From Caldisericota bacterium (GTDB lineage Bacteria; Caldisericota; Caldisericia; JAAYUI01): a stretch of DNA of 64,000 nt. The notes under the pieces were generated by a model. The model was not told where the DNA came from. It did not search any database and was given only the letters and a program-made list of their open reading frames with translations. The translations under genes and the position numbers were made by a program. Positions 1 to 8,990 of this stretch are shown piece after piece. Position 1 is the first letter of the stretch, and each line of letters starts with the position of its first letter. The DNA is taken from positions 245,169 through 309,168 of the forward strand of contig JAKPMO010000002.1 in NCBI GenBank assembly GCA_029548865.1. Reading direction: 5' to 3'.

Positions 1-328
1 TGGCTGCGTGGACCATCTCGGCGGCGCCGATTGAAGCGAGGTCACCATCTCCCTGATAGGTCATTACAAACCTGTCCGGGAGGGCTCTTTTGACGCCAGT
101 GGCAACGGCCGGTGCACGACCATGGGCCGACTGGACTGAGTCAAAAGCGAAATAATCGACTGCAAGTGTGGAGCAACCGACTGGAAGAACGATGATTGCC
201 TTCTGGAGGAGATCCATCTCTTCGATTACTTCGGCAACGAGTCTGTGGATAATGCCATGTGTACATCCTGGGCAATAGCTCCTCGGGATGTCCATGAGTG
301 GAGTCGGCATGTGATTGAGCTGTTCCAT
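1..328 (-). CDS. 2-oxoacid:ferredoxin oxidoreductase beta (TPP-binding) subunit, 5' part; runs off the window
   Basis: Manual translation MEQLNHMPTH...YCPGCTHG...PVGCS...HGRAPAVATGVKR...YQGDGDLASIG. The ATG overlaps the upstream TAA. Confidence 0.9.
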   Translation of the reverse strand, partial: MEQLNHMPTPLMDIPRSYCPGCTHGIIHRLVAEVIEEMDLLQKAIIVLPVGCSTLAVDYFAFDSVQSAHGRAPAVATGVKRALPDRFVMTYQGDGDLASIGAAEMVHAA

Positions 329-1401
329 TACTTTGCCTCCTTCATAAGTTTAAGCATTACTTCGGAGATCTCGTTTGGTTCTGGCAGCATGCCACCCTGG
401 CGACCATAGAAATGGACCGGTTTCTTGAATTCTGTTGAGAGTTTGACATCTTCGATCATCTGGCCAAAGCTCAGCTCAACATCAAGGAAGAACTTTACTC
501 TTGGGTTTTCGGCCAGAGCAAGGAGCTGTTTCTTGGGGAACGGGTAAAGGGTGATTGGTCTTATGAGGCCAACTTTGTGTCCCTTTGAACGGAGGTCCTT
601 GATTACGGTCTTGATGATACGGGCAACGGTGCCGTATGCCACAAAAACGTATTCTGCATCGGCTGTTTCGACCTCTTCAAACTTTACTTCGTTCTTTTCG
701 ACATCGGCGTATTTTGCCCACATCTTCTTGTTCATCACTTCCAGGCCTTCTGGAAGAAGGTCGAATGAATTAACAAGGTTCCTGGACCTCTTGCCTTGCA
801 TGCTGTCGGCTGCCCATGGTTTCTTGGGGAGCTTTTCGATGTCAACAAAACCTGGGAATTCCACTGCTTCCATCATCTGTCCCAAGAGACCGTCGGAGAG
901 CATCATTACCGGGTTGCGATACTTGTCGGCAAGATCGAAAGCTAACTGCATCAAATCAATACTTTCCTGGACGGTTGATGGTGCGAGGACTATGAGATGA
1001 TAGTCTCCGTGTCCGCCGCCTTTTACGGCCTGGAAATAATCGCCCTGTGCTGGTGCAATATCGCCAAGACCTGGGCCGCCTCTAACAACATTCATCACTA
1101 CCACTGGCAATTCTGAGCCTGCTATGTAAGAAAGTCCTTCCTGCATGAGTGAGATGCCTGGTGAGGATGATGTTGTAATGACTCTTTTGCCTGCAGCTGC
1201 GCATCCATAGAGCATATTAATGGCTGCAACTTCTGATTCTGCCTGCAAAAATGTTCCATTTACCTCTGGAAGACGCCTTGCCATGTATGCTGGCGCTTCA
1301 TTTTGTGGGGTGATTGGATAGCCAAAAAAATGACGGCAACCTGCCCTTATGGCAGCTTCACCGATAGCTTCGGCACCCTTCATTAAAAGTTTTTCGCCCA
1401 T
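328..1401 (-). CDS. 2-oxoacid (2-ketoisovalerate-type) ferredoxin oxidoreductase alpha subunit
   Basis: Motifs FFGYPITPQNE, QAESEVAA, TSSSPGISL and RGGPGLG. Confidence 0.92.
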   Translation of the reverse strand: MGEKLLMKGAEAIGEAAIRAGCRHFFGYPITPQNEAPAYMARRLPEVNGTFLQAESEVAAINMLYGCAAAGKRVITTSSSPGISLMQEGLSYIAGSELPVVVMNVVRGGPGLGDIAPAQGDYFQAVKGGGHGDYHLIVLAPSTVQESIDLMQLAFDLADKYRNPVMMLSDGLLGQMMEAVEFPGFVDIEKLPKKPWAADSMQGKRSRNLVNSFDLLPEGLEVMNKKMWAKYADVEKNEVKFEEVETADAEYVFVAYGTVARIIKTVIKDLRSKGHKVGLIRPITLYPFPKKQLLALAENPRVKFFLDVELSFGQMIEDVKLSTEFKKPVHFYGRQGGMLPEPNEISEVMLKLMKEAK

Positions 1402-1410
1402 TTATAAAAC

Positions 1411-2463
1411 CTACTTTCCTGAGAATTCCAGAGAGACTGGCTCTGTTGTGTAGACATGTGAGACGCCTTTCTGGTTGTCGAAGAGTGAGAGACCAAACAG
1501 ATAAAAGCCTCCATCTTCAAGTTTGTGCGCAAACTGGACCTGAGTCGGGTTTGCTGTTACGAGTTTCCTTTTAAACTCGACTGTCCAGGCTTTAGCCTGA
1601 TCATCATATTTTGCCTGGCAAGCAACATCGCCTGTGCCAGGATTTTTTATGTAATATGGAACCATGAGACCCGCTGGCAGTCCTGTAGTGTCGGCGGGTA
1701 CTTCAACCATTTTTGAAAGATCGCCAATAGTCATCAGAGAGTATGGGATTGTAAGTCTCTGCATAAATTCAGGGGACCTGGCATTGCGTTTGTTTATATA
1801 AAGCGAGCCTGGGAAATATGAGTAGGCGCTTGTAGTTTCGAAGGTTTCTCCCTTTGGATCAACAGAGTTTGCCAATGGACCCACCACGTAATCATTTGCA
1901 GTGCCAAGTTGACCTGATTCTGCTGACATCCATGTCCAGATATCGATGAATTCACCTTTGTCATTGGTGGCCATGTAGGAGTTATCATGGCAAAGCACTG
2001 AACAGCCCTGCTTTGTAAATTCTTTTATCGGTGATGCTTCAAAGCCGAGAGCGAACATGTCTTGTTTTGGGAGTGAAGTTCCTGATTTGAACGTTCCGCC
2101 TTCCCTGACCTCCCATGGTTTCCCACCGATGTCCATGGACTCATCTGCCCATGATGCAAGAAGGAAGAAATTTTCATCATCAAAAGCTGCTTTGAGAGTA
2201 ACTTCATAGGTGTTTGCGCTATCCGAGACCTTGACGATGGTTGATTGGGCATTTGCCCAGGCCTCGTCGAGTTCTGAAGCAACTCCGTCAATCCTTGGCG
2301 CCAGCTCTGTGTACTCTGCAGTCACAACAGTGCCTGTTGGGGCTGATTCATAGGGTGCCGGAACGCTTGATGAAACGCTGACCGGCACAGAACCGCCACA
2401 ACCTGCGGAAAAGGCGATTGCTACAAGGGCGATGCACGAAATGATAATGCTGGTTTTCCTCAT
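1411..2463 (-). CDS. Lipoprotein with ethylbenzene-dehydrogenase-gamma-like (EB_dh/DOMON) heme-binding domain
   Basis: Signal peptide with lipobox (SAGC); motifs P.IDG...W, KAAFD...FLLASWAD, QDMFAL, CSVLCH, DIWTW and WTVEFKRKL. Confidence 0.65.
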   Translation of the reverse strand: MRKTSIIISCIALVAIAFSAGCGGSVPVSVSSSVPAPYESAPTGTVVTAEYTELAPRIDGVASELDEAWANAQSTIVKVSDSANTYEVTLKAAFDDENFFLLASWADESMDIGGKPWEVREGGTFKSGTSLPKQDMFALGFEASPIKEFTKQGCSVLCHDNSYMATNDKGEFIDIWTWMSAESGQLGTANDYVVGPLANSVDPKGETFETTSAYSYFPGSLYINKRNARSPEFMQRLTIPYSLMTIGDLSKMVEVPADTTGLPAGLMVPYYIKNPGTGDVACQAKYDDQAKAWTVEFKRKLVTANPTQVQFAHKLEDGGFYLFGLSLFDNQKGVSHVYTTEPVSLEFSGK

Positions 2464-2635
2464 TGACCTCTCCTTTGGTTACATTAAAAAAGCCCTCTCC
2501 ATAAAATATCATTAAGAAGAAGGCTCATGTTTCTCACATCAATTTTTTATCACGCAGAAAAATAAGAGTCAAGGAGCCTTCTGGCTTGACAATACAAAGG
2601 TTTAACATAATTTCAATAATGCAGGAGGTTTAAAA

Positions 2636-3913
2636 ATGAAAAGGTTTTTGTGCTTCGCGTCCTTGATCGTTATCCTCGCCTCATGTGGCGGAGAGGTTGA
2701 AGAAAAGATAGATACTACGCTGTGGGCAGGTTCTGGTGGGGACACCATGAGATCGTCCCTCGCGGCAGGTGAAATTGTAGCTCCCTTTGGCAAGATGTGG
2801 GAGACGGAAATCAATGGGCTTGGAGTGAGCTCTGTTGCTGTGGCGCTTGTCCCTCCTGAGGAAGAAAAGGGTCGCCTGACCGCAGTCTACAGGCTGGTAA
2901 TTGCCTCAGGAAATGATGGCGCTGTCTATGGTATTGATTTTGACACCGGCATGAAGATGTGGGAAAAGAGACTTGAAGGCATGACGGGTAACCCCCTCTA
3001 CTACAGTGGCAAGGTCTTTATTTCAACCACAAAAGGTTTCTGGCATTGCCTCAGTGCATGGACAGGGGATGAGATATGGTCGGCAAGATACTCCGAGAAG
3101 GAACTTGAAAGACCAGACAATGCAACAGCTGTGGTCTATTCTGGAAAGCTGTATTGTGCCCATTCGAATGGCGTACTTTTCTGTTTTGATACAAATAAGG
3201 GAACCGAGTTGTGGAAAAAAGTTTTCAAGGACTCGATACAGTGTTCTCCAGTTGTGGTTGAGGACAAAATTATCCTTTCCACTTACGAGATGAACGTTAT
3301 TGCCCTTGACCCCAATAATGGCAACGAGCTTTGGAACTCAAAGATAGAAAGTCCTGTCACAACCACGCTTATTTCGGATGGAAAGCTGGTATTTGCTCCG
3401 CAAGCTTTTGGCGTAGTCTCTGCATTTGATGTAGTAGATGGTAAAGAAGCCTGGAAAATAAAAGCCTGTGAAACAATAGCTTATTCGCCATGCCTCACCA
3501 AAAGTGGATTAATGGCTATTCCCGATAAAAAAGCAGGAAAAATAGTTTTTGTCAGGTTGTCCGGCGGGACTGTGGATTCAGAAGTAAAGGTCCCATGGCC
3601 ATCATCGGGGCTTGTGGCGGCAGGCGAGATGGTCTGCTTTGCAGCGGAAGATGGGAAGGTTTACACCGTTGATGCTGCAAAAAAACAGGCCATAGAGTCT
3701 TTCGATTTTGGAACAAAGGGTGCTGATAACAGGTACAAAAAGTTTGGAGACCCCTGCATTATACAGGGGAGACTCTTTATATCCGATGGCGCATCCAAAC
3801 TTTACATGTTTGTGCCCAAGGGTTTTGAGCCAACAAAGATTGAGAATGGAAACACAATAATTCCCAGCAACAACCAGCCAAAAGAGATAGTGCCACCAAA
3901 AAACAATCCCTAG
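2636..3913 (+). CDS. PQQ-like beta-propeller repeat lipoprotein (BamB-like)
   Basis: Lipobox LASC, repeated D..TG..(L/M)W blades, GGAGG RBS. Confidence 0.85.
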   Translation: MKRFLCFASLIVILASCGGEVEEKIDTTLWAGSGGDTMRSSLAAGEIVAPFGKMWETEINGLGVSSVAVALVPPEEEKGRLTAVYRLVIASGNDGAVYGIDFDTGMKMWEKRLEGMTGNPLYYSGKVFISTTKGFWHCLSAWTGDEIWSARYSEKELERPDNATAVVYSGKLYCAHSNGVLFCFDTNKGTELWKKVFKDSIQCSPVVVEDKIILSTYEMNVIALDPNNGNELWNSKIESPVTTTLISDGKLVFAPQAFGVVSAFDVVDGKEAWKIKACETIAYSPCLTKSGLMAIPDKKAGKIVFVRLSGGTVDSEVKVPWPSSGLVAAGEMVCFAAEDGKVYTVDAAKKQAIESFDFGTKGADNRYKKFGDPCIIQGRLFISDGASKLYMFVPKGFEPTKIENGNTIIPSNNQPKEIVPPKNNP

Positions 3914-4564
3914 CGGTTTTTTGATATTTCCTGCAGGATTTTTCTTGGCCCTATTGCAATCAGCAGGTCGTCACTATCGAGAGTTTGCATTGGATCGGGG
4001 GGGGATGAGTACCTCGTCCCCCCTTCTGATTGCTATTATGGTAGTCTGTTTCTCTTTCCTTAAATCCAGGTCAAGGATCTTCTTCCCCACCATGTAGTTT
4101 GGTGCCTGAAATTCGTATATTGCATACTCGTCGGAGATTTCTATGAAATCCAGGAACGAAGTTCCCGTTATCCTATTGGCTATCCTGACGGCCATGTCCT
4201 GCTCCGGGAAGAAGATGTCGTCTGCCCCAATTTTTTGCAGGACCCTGGCATGGATGGCACTTTCCGCTCTGGCAATGATGAAGCCGACTCCAAGGTCCTT
4301 TAGCGTTTGTGTCAGGAGGATGTTTGATTCGATGTTTTTTGCAAAACCGATTACTGCAACATCGCATTGGGTCACACCTGAGTCCCTGAGTTCCTGCTCG
4401 TTGATTGTGTGCAATCTGATTGCACTGGAAACAAGTCCTTCAATCTGGTTTACCTTTTCAGGGTCGGTGTCAACCGCAAGTACCCCGTAGCCCTTTCTTT
4501 CAACTTCTGTGGCCAGGGCCATTCCAAACCGGCCAAGCCCGAACACTGCAACCTGAAGACCCAT
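3910..4564 (-). pseudogene. trkA: TrkA/KtrA K+ uptake regulatory subunit, frameshifted at a G8 tract (3997-4004) or carrying a sequencing error
   Basis: VFGLGRFG Rossmann motif and GGAGGTG RBS before ATG 4564. Removing one base of the tract restores ...IPPDPMQTLDSDDLLIAIGPRKILQEISKNR*. Confidence 0.75.
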
Positions 4565-4597
4565 AAGGCACCTCCATTGCCAAATATAACACAATCC

Positions 4598-4625
4598 TTG
4601 ACAGCATAAAGGGGGCATTTACAAT
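4598..4625 (+). promoter_or_regulatory. sigma70-type promoter for the SCIFF locus
   Basis: TTGACA-16nt-TACAAT, followed by GGAGGT and ATG 4645. Confidence 0.7.
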
Positions 4626-4644
4626 GCTTCCGGAGGTAACAAGA

Positions 4645-4806
4645 ATGCGTATTAAAATAATTGCAAAGAAACCTGCCTGCAGCAACATTGATGACGAAAA
4701 CTGCAGGGAATGCCAGACCCCGTGCAAATCAGCAGCCAAAACTGCAAACACAATTTCAAACCAGATTTGTGAGGCCAAGGGGGCAAATTCTCCCTGGATA
4801 CTCTAG
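4645..4806 (+). CDS. scfA: SCIFF/ranthipeptide precursor, divergent (53 aa)
   Basis: MRIKII...CRECQTPCKSAAKTANTISNQICE aligns to the SCIFF consensus CGECQTSCQSACKTSCTV.NQ.CE. Strong RBS, adjacent radical SAM gene. Confidence 0.88.
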   Translation: MRIKIIAKKPACSNIDDENCRECQTPCKSAAKTANTISNQICEAKGANSPWIL

Positions 4807-6098
4807 GTAAAATCCACGCTTTCAAGTTTAACGAAAAGACCCTGCTTTATGATTGCCAAGCGGGGTCTTTGCTTTTATTGGACGATGAGGCCCACGATCT
4901 TTTTACAAAAATAGAAGAGGGTTTTGATCCGTTTAGTTTGCCTCCCGGCGAGGCCAGGGAAATGGTTTTAGGGCTGATCAGTGAAGGCATAATTCTTTCC
5001 AAGGTTGATTATCCGAAGCCACAGAAGTTGTCCCCAAAGTCTTTGTGTCTCATAGTTTCTCATGCCTGCAACATGGCGTGCACCTATTGTTCCCTCTCCA
5101 AGGCTACCATTGAGGGCAAGCTGATGTCTCCTGAAACAGCAATCAAGGCCATGAAATGGCTGATTGATAATGCCCCTGGGACCAAGGTTGATGTGGACTT
5201 TTTTGGTGGAGAGCCCACGCTTGCCTGGAAAACTGTCAAAGCGGTGGTCGATTTTTCCAAGGAATATTCAAAAACCAAGAGCAAAACGGTGCGTTTTTCC
5301 ATGTCCACAAATGCGCTGGGTCTCACTGACGAGATGCTTGATTATTGCGATGAAAATTACATATCGCTCATTCTAAGTCTTGATGGCCCGAAAGCTGAAA
5401 ATGACAGATGCAGGGTACTAAAAGATGGCAGGCCATCTTTTGATACTGTTTTGCCCAATATCATGAAGGTTGCCCAAAGAAGGCAAAGAGGGTGGTATGT
5501 AAGGGGTACATATTCAAAAGAAACCATCAACTTTTCTGATTCTGTCATTGCCCTTCACAAGATGGGCATCAACAACCTGGCTTTTGAGCCGGTTGTAAGC
5601 AACGACCCAAAAGTTGCTTTTTCGGAAAAAGACATCCCTGCAATCAGAGAAGAATATGAAAAATTGGCCAGATATTATGTTGAGTGCAAAAAAACTGACA
5701 TGCCAATAAAGTTTTACCACTTTGAAATGGACCTGGAAAATGGCCCCTGTGCAAGAAAGTCTGCTGGTGGTTGTGGCGCCGGCGCAGAGTATCTGGCGGT
5801 ATCGCCTGATGAGAAGATTTGGCCATGCCACCAGTTTGACACCGAAGAGGGTTTTTGCCTTGGAACGCTTGATAACCCACCCACACAGGCCATTTATGAC
5901 GAATATACCATCAAAAACCATCTGACTGAAAAAAGAGAATGCCCTGACTGTTGGGCCTCATATCTTTGTTCTGGTGGCTGTATTGCCTCAAACAAATTGC
6001 AAGAGGGCGACGTTCTCCTGCCCTACAAAATGGGTTGCCTCATCCAAAAGATAAGGCTGGAAGCCGCCCTCTGGGTTTATTCTGAACTCAGGGAGTAA
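4794..6098 (+). CDS. scfB: SCIFF radical SAM/SPASM maturase (thioether cross-link forming)
   Basis: CNMACTYC, DFFGGEP, YVRGTY, GCGAGAEYLAVSP...PCHQF and C..CWA.YLCSGGC. The frame is open upstream of TTG 4869 and encodes RRE-like KIHAFKFNEKTLLYD. A CTG start at 4794 is inferred. Confidence 0.9.
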   Translation: MDTLGKIHAFKFNEKTLLYDCQAGSLLLLDDEAHDLFTKIEEGFDPFSLPPGEAREMVLGLISEGIILSKVDYPKPQKLSPKSLCLIVSHACNMACTYCSLSKATIEGKLMSPETAIKAMKWLIDNAPGTKVDVDFFGGEPTLAWKTVKAVVDFSKEYSKTKSKTVRFSMSTNALGLTDEMLDYCDENYISLILSLDGPKAENDRCRVLKDGRPSFDTVLPNIMKVAQRRQRGWYVRGTYSKETINFSDSVIALHKMGINNLAFEPVVSNDPKVAFSEKDIPAIREEYEKLARYYVECKKTDMPIKFYHFEMDLENGPCARKSAGGCGAGAEYLAVSPDEKIWPCHQFDTEEGFCLGTLDNPPTQAIYDEYTIKNHLTEKRECPDCWASYLCSGGCIASNKLQEGDVLLPYKMGCLIQKIRLEAALWVYSELRE

Positions 6099-6477
6099 AA
6101 ACCTCTTTTACAAGCACCTCAAGCTCGTCCATCGTTTTGTCCAGCTCGTAGGTCGTTGTTGCTTCAGTCTGGTTGGAAGGGTCCTGGACCATTTTTCTTC
6201 TGGCAATCCACCCGGATTCGAACGAGGATGCAAGTTCTTTTATCCTGGCAACTTTTTCCGGTGTGGCATTTTTATATTTTCCAGATAACAAATCACCCAT
6301 GTCCTGTATGAGCTTCAGATCATCACTGATGGCAAAATACCTTTTGTCCAGGTCACCCATTGCTGACCGTTTTTCTTTTTGTATCCTGTCCATAACAGAC
6401 TTTTTAGTGAAGTAAAGTATTACTCCAAGTAGAATGCCTGCAACAACAGCGCCGAGTAAAAACAGCAATACATTCAT
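6088..6477 (-). CDS. Hypothetical single-pass membrane protein coupled to pspA
   Basis: N-terminal TM helix; ATG overlaps the pspA stop. Confidence 0.7.
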   Translation of the reverse strand: MNVLLFLLGAVVAGILLGVILYFTKKSVMDRIQKEKRSAMGDLDKRYFAISDDLKLIQDMGDLLSGKYKNATPEKVARIKELASSFESGWIARRKMVQDPSNQTEATTTYELDKTMDELEVLVKEVFTP

Positions 6478-7136
6478 TATTTGCCTTTCAGTTGCTGGAG
6501 CCTCTTGTTGATTTCATCCTCCTCGTTTATCGAGGCGATCTCGTCATCAAGCGAATCGGCTGCAGAACCGAGTTCTGCCAGGGCCGCAACCTTGTTTTCT
6601 TTCTTGATGACCCTCTGCTCAAGCTCGTTGAATGTTGTGCCAATGTCGGCAACATTGATGTTCCCCATTGTTTTGACGACCTTCTCTTGCGCTTTTGCCG
6701 CTTTGTTCCTGGCTATGAGCTCATCCATTTTTACCTCAGCCTCTTCGATTTTGGCCTTGAGGGCGGCGATGACATCTTTGAGCTTTGCGTTCAGCTCAAC
6801 TTGCCTGACATGTGACTCTTCTGCGCTCTTTTGCTGTTTCTCGAGCGTCAATACTCTGGCCATACATTTTTTTGCAAGCTCTTCCTTGCTTGCGGAAAGT
6901 GCCTGTTGCGCTGCATCATTGTACTTTTTGAGATCAAACTTGATATCAGCGAGTCTCATTTCGGTCTGTTTTGAAACAGCCATCGACTCGGCGGCCGCAT
7001 CAGTGGCTTCCACCAGGTCCTGCTTCATCTGGTCGATTTTGAGGGGAAGCATTTTCTCCGGGTCTTCCATCTTTGTCAACCAATCATTAACGTTTGATTG
7101 CAATATATCGCTGATTCTTTGCCAAAAACCTGCCAT
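6477..7136 (-). CDS. pspA: PspA/IM30 family protein
   Basis: F.RI.DI..SNVN......EDPEKML start, coiled coil, GGAGGTG RBS. Confidence 0.9.
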   Translation of the reverse strand: MAGFWQRISDILQSNVNDWLTKMEDPEKMLPLKIDQMKQDLVEATDAAAESMAVSKQTEMRLADIKFDLKKYNDAAQQALSASKEELAKKCMARVLTLEKQQKSAEESHVRQVELNAKLKDVIAALKAKIEEAEVKMDELIARNKAAKAQEKVVKTMGNINVADIGTTFNELEQRVIKKENKVAALAELGSAADSLDDEIASINEEDEINKRLQQLKGK

Positions 7137-7199
7137 TTAACACCTCCTTGGTATTGATTGTAACGTAATAAGCTGGTTACAATCAATACCCTTATACAC

Positions 7200-8990
7200 T
7201 TGATACCAAAAAGTATTTGTGGCAATATTTGCCCCGTGACTACATTCCAATATTATTCTAGATTGCTTAAGCCATACAGATGGAAATATGTTTTGGCCAT
7301 GATCGGCGTTTTGGTGAACACCTCAGACATGCTTGTTCCAATGTTTATTTCAACAAGCATTGATGCTGCATATCTTAAGAAACCAGATGCAAAATATATA
7401 ATTTTGTCGGCTTTGCTTTGGGTTGTTGGCATTGCTGTTGTGAGGTCCTTTACGTTTGTAGCCAGCAGGTACACACTTGTTGGTGTATCAAGACACACAG
7501 CTTATGATCTGAGAAACACCATCTATGATAAAATCTTGAGATTGCCTGACAAATTTTTTGTCGGGATGTCTACAGGTGAAATAATGAACAGGGCATCTTC
7601 TGATGTCCAGTCTATCACGATGTTTCTTGGTATGGGTGGAAATCTTTTCCCAAACGCTGTTTTGAGAACAGTACTTGGTACGATATTGATGATATCAATA
7701 TCATGGAAGCTTGCCATACCAATTTTACTTTTTGTGCCGGTACTCTTCTTCATCGAATATCTTTTTGGAAAAAAGATATTCAAGCTTTACAAGATTCTTC
7801 AGGACTATTCTGACAAAGTTGTAAGCAGAGTGCAGGAAAACTACTCTGGTGCCAGAACTGTAAGATCGTACAACCAGGGAGATCATGAGAAGAGGATGTA
7901 CAAGGGAATGATGGACAAATACGTTCAGACCATCAAACCTCTCAATATAATGGATGCCCTCTTCTGGCCTGTCCTGAACATGGCAAGCTGGATGCCAATA
8001 CTGGTAATCCTTTGGTATGGTGGTGTTTTATATATGAAAGGCCAGTTGACCCTTGGTGGTCTGTCTGCCTTTATCGCCTATGTCAGTCTCATGATCTGGC
8101 CAATCATCAATCTTGGATGGGTAACAAATCTTTACCAAAGGTCAAATGCTTCGCTCAAGAGGATTGTTGAGATCACAGAAGTTGTTCCTGATATCAAATC
8201 TCCACAAAACCCATACAAACCAGAAACCATTGAGGGAAACATAGAGCTGAAAGATGTCAAATTGTCTTATGGTACAAACATCAACTCCATAGACGGAATC
8301 TCCATTACTATTCCAAAGGGGCAGGTTGTGGGTGTTGTTGGCCCGGTTGGTTCGGGGAAAAGCTCTTTTGGAAAACTTTTGCTTAGAGTCTGGGACTCTG
8401 ATTCTGGCGAAGTGAGCATTGATGGTGTTGATATAAAAAAGTGGGACCTCAAGATGCTCAGGAAATCTTTTGGCTATGTTCCGCAAGACAATTTCCTTTT
8501 CTCCACTTCAATTGGAGAAAACATAGCTTTTGCTAAACCTGATGCCACCAAAGAAGAAATCGAAAAAGTGGCAGAGATGGTCCAGATAAAGGACGAGATC
8601 GAGAAGTTCCCACAAAGCTTTGATACAGTGGTTGGTGAAAGGGGAGTAACGCTTTCTGGTGGACAAAGGCAAAGAGTCGCTATTGCAAGAGCACTGCTTC
8701 TTGATCCACCGATGATGCTTCTGGATGATCCTTTGTCTGCGGTCGATACTTCGACTGAGGACGCAATCATTGATACGCTTAAACCGATAATAAAGGGCAG
8801 AACAACAATAATAATCGCCCACAGGGTAAGCGCAATGAGGCTTGCCGATAGGATCGTTGTTCTTGACAAGGGAAGGATTGTGGAGGATGGCACTCACCAG
8901 GAGTTGATGACAAAAGGCGGTTATTACGCTGATCTTGTTGAAAAACAGAGACTGGCCACTCAGATAGGCCAGGAGGGCATCGATGCCTGA
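7200..8990 (+). CDS. ABC exporter, TMD+NBD half (heterodimeric multidrug type); true start possibly GTG 7236
   Basis: GPVGSGKS, LSGGQRQR, degenerate Walker B LLDD. Confidence 0.9.
   Translation: MIPKSICGNICPVTTFQYYSRLLKPYRWKYVLAMIGVLVNTSDMLVPMFISTSIDAAYLKKPDAKYIILSALLWVVGIAVVRSFTFVASRYTLVGVSRHTAYDLRNTIYDKILRLPDKFFVGMSTGEIMNRASSDVQSITMFLGMGGNLFPNAVLRTVLGTILMISISWKLAIPILLFVPVLFFIEYLFGKKIFKLYKILQDYSDKVVSRVQENYSGARTVRSYNQGDHEKRMYKGMMDKYVQTIKPLNIMDALFWPVLNMASWMPILVILWYGGVLYMKGQLTLGGLSAFIAYVSLMIWPIINLGWVTNLYQRSNASLKRIVEITEVVPDIKSPQNPYKPETIEGNIELKDVKLSYGTNINSIDGISITIPKGQVVGVVGPVGSGKSSFGKLLLRVWDSDSGEVSIDGVDIKKWDLKMLRKSFGYVPQDNFLFSTSIGENIAFAKPDATKEEIEKVAEMVQIKDEIEKFPQSFDTVVGERGVTLSGGQRQRVAIARALLLDPPMMLLDDPLSAVDTSTEDAIIDTLKPIIKGRTTIIIAHRVSAMRLADRIVVLDKGRIVEDGTHQELMTKGGYYADLVEKQRLATQIGQEGIDA

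Noticed and set aside
6481..7140. 219-aa plus-strand ORF
   Set aside because: Antisense shadow of pspA; the same applies to the other long antisense ORFs (11741, 30697, 32774, 52799).
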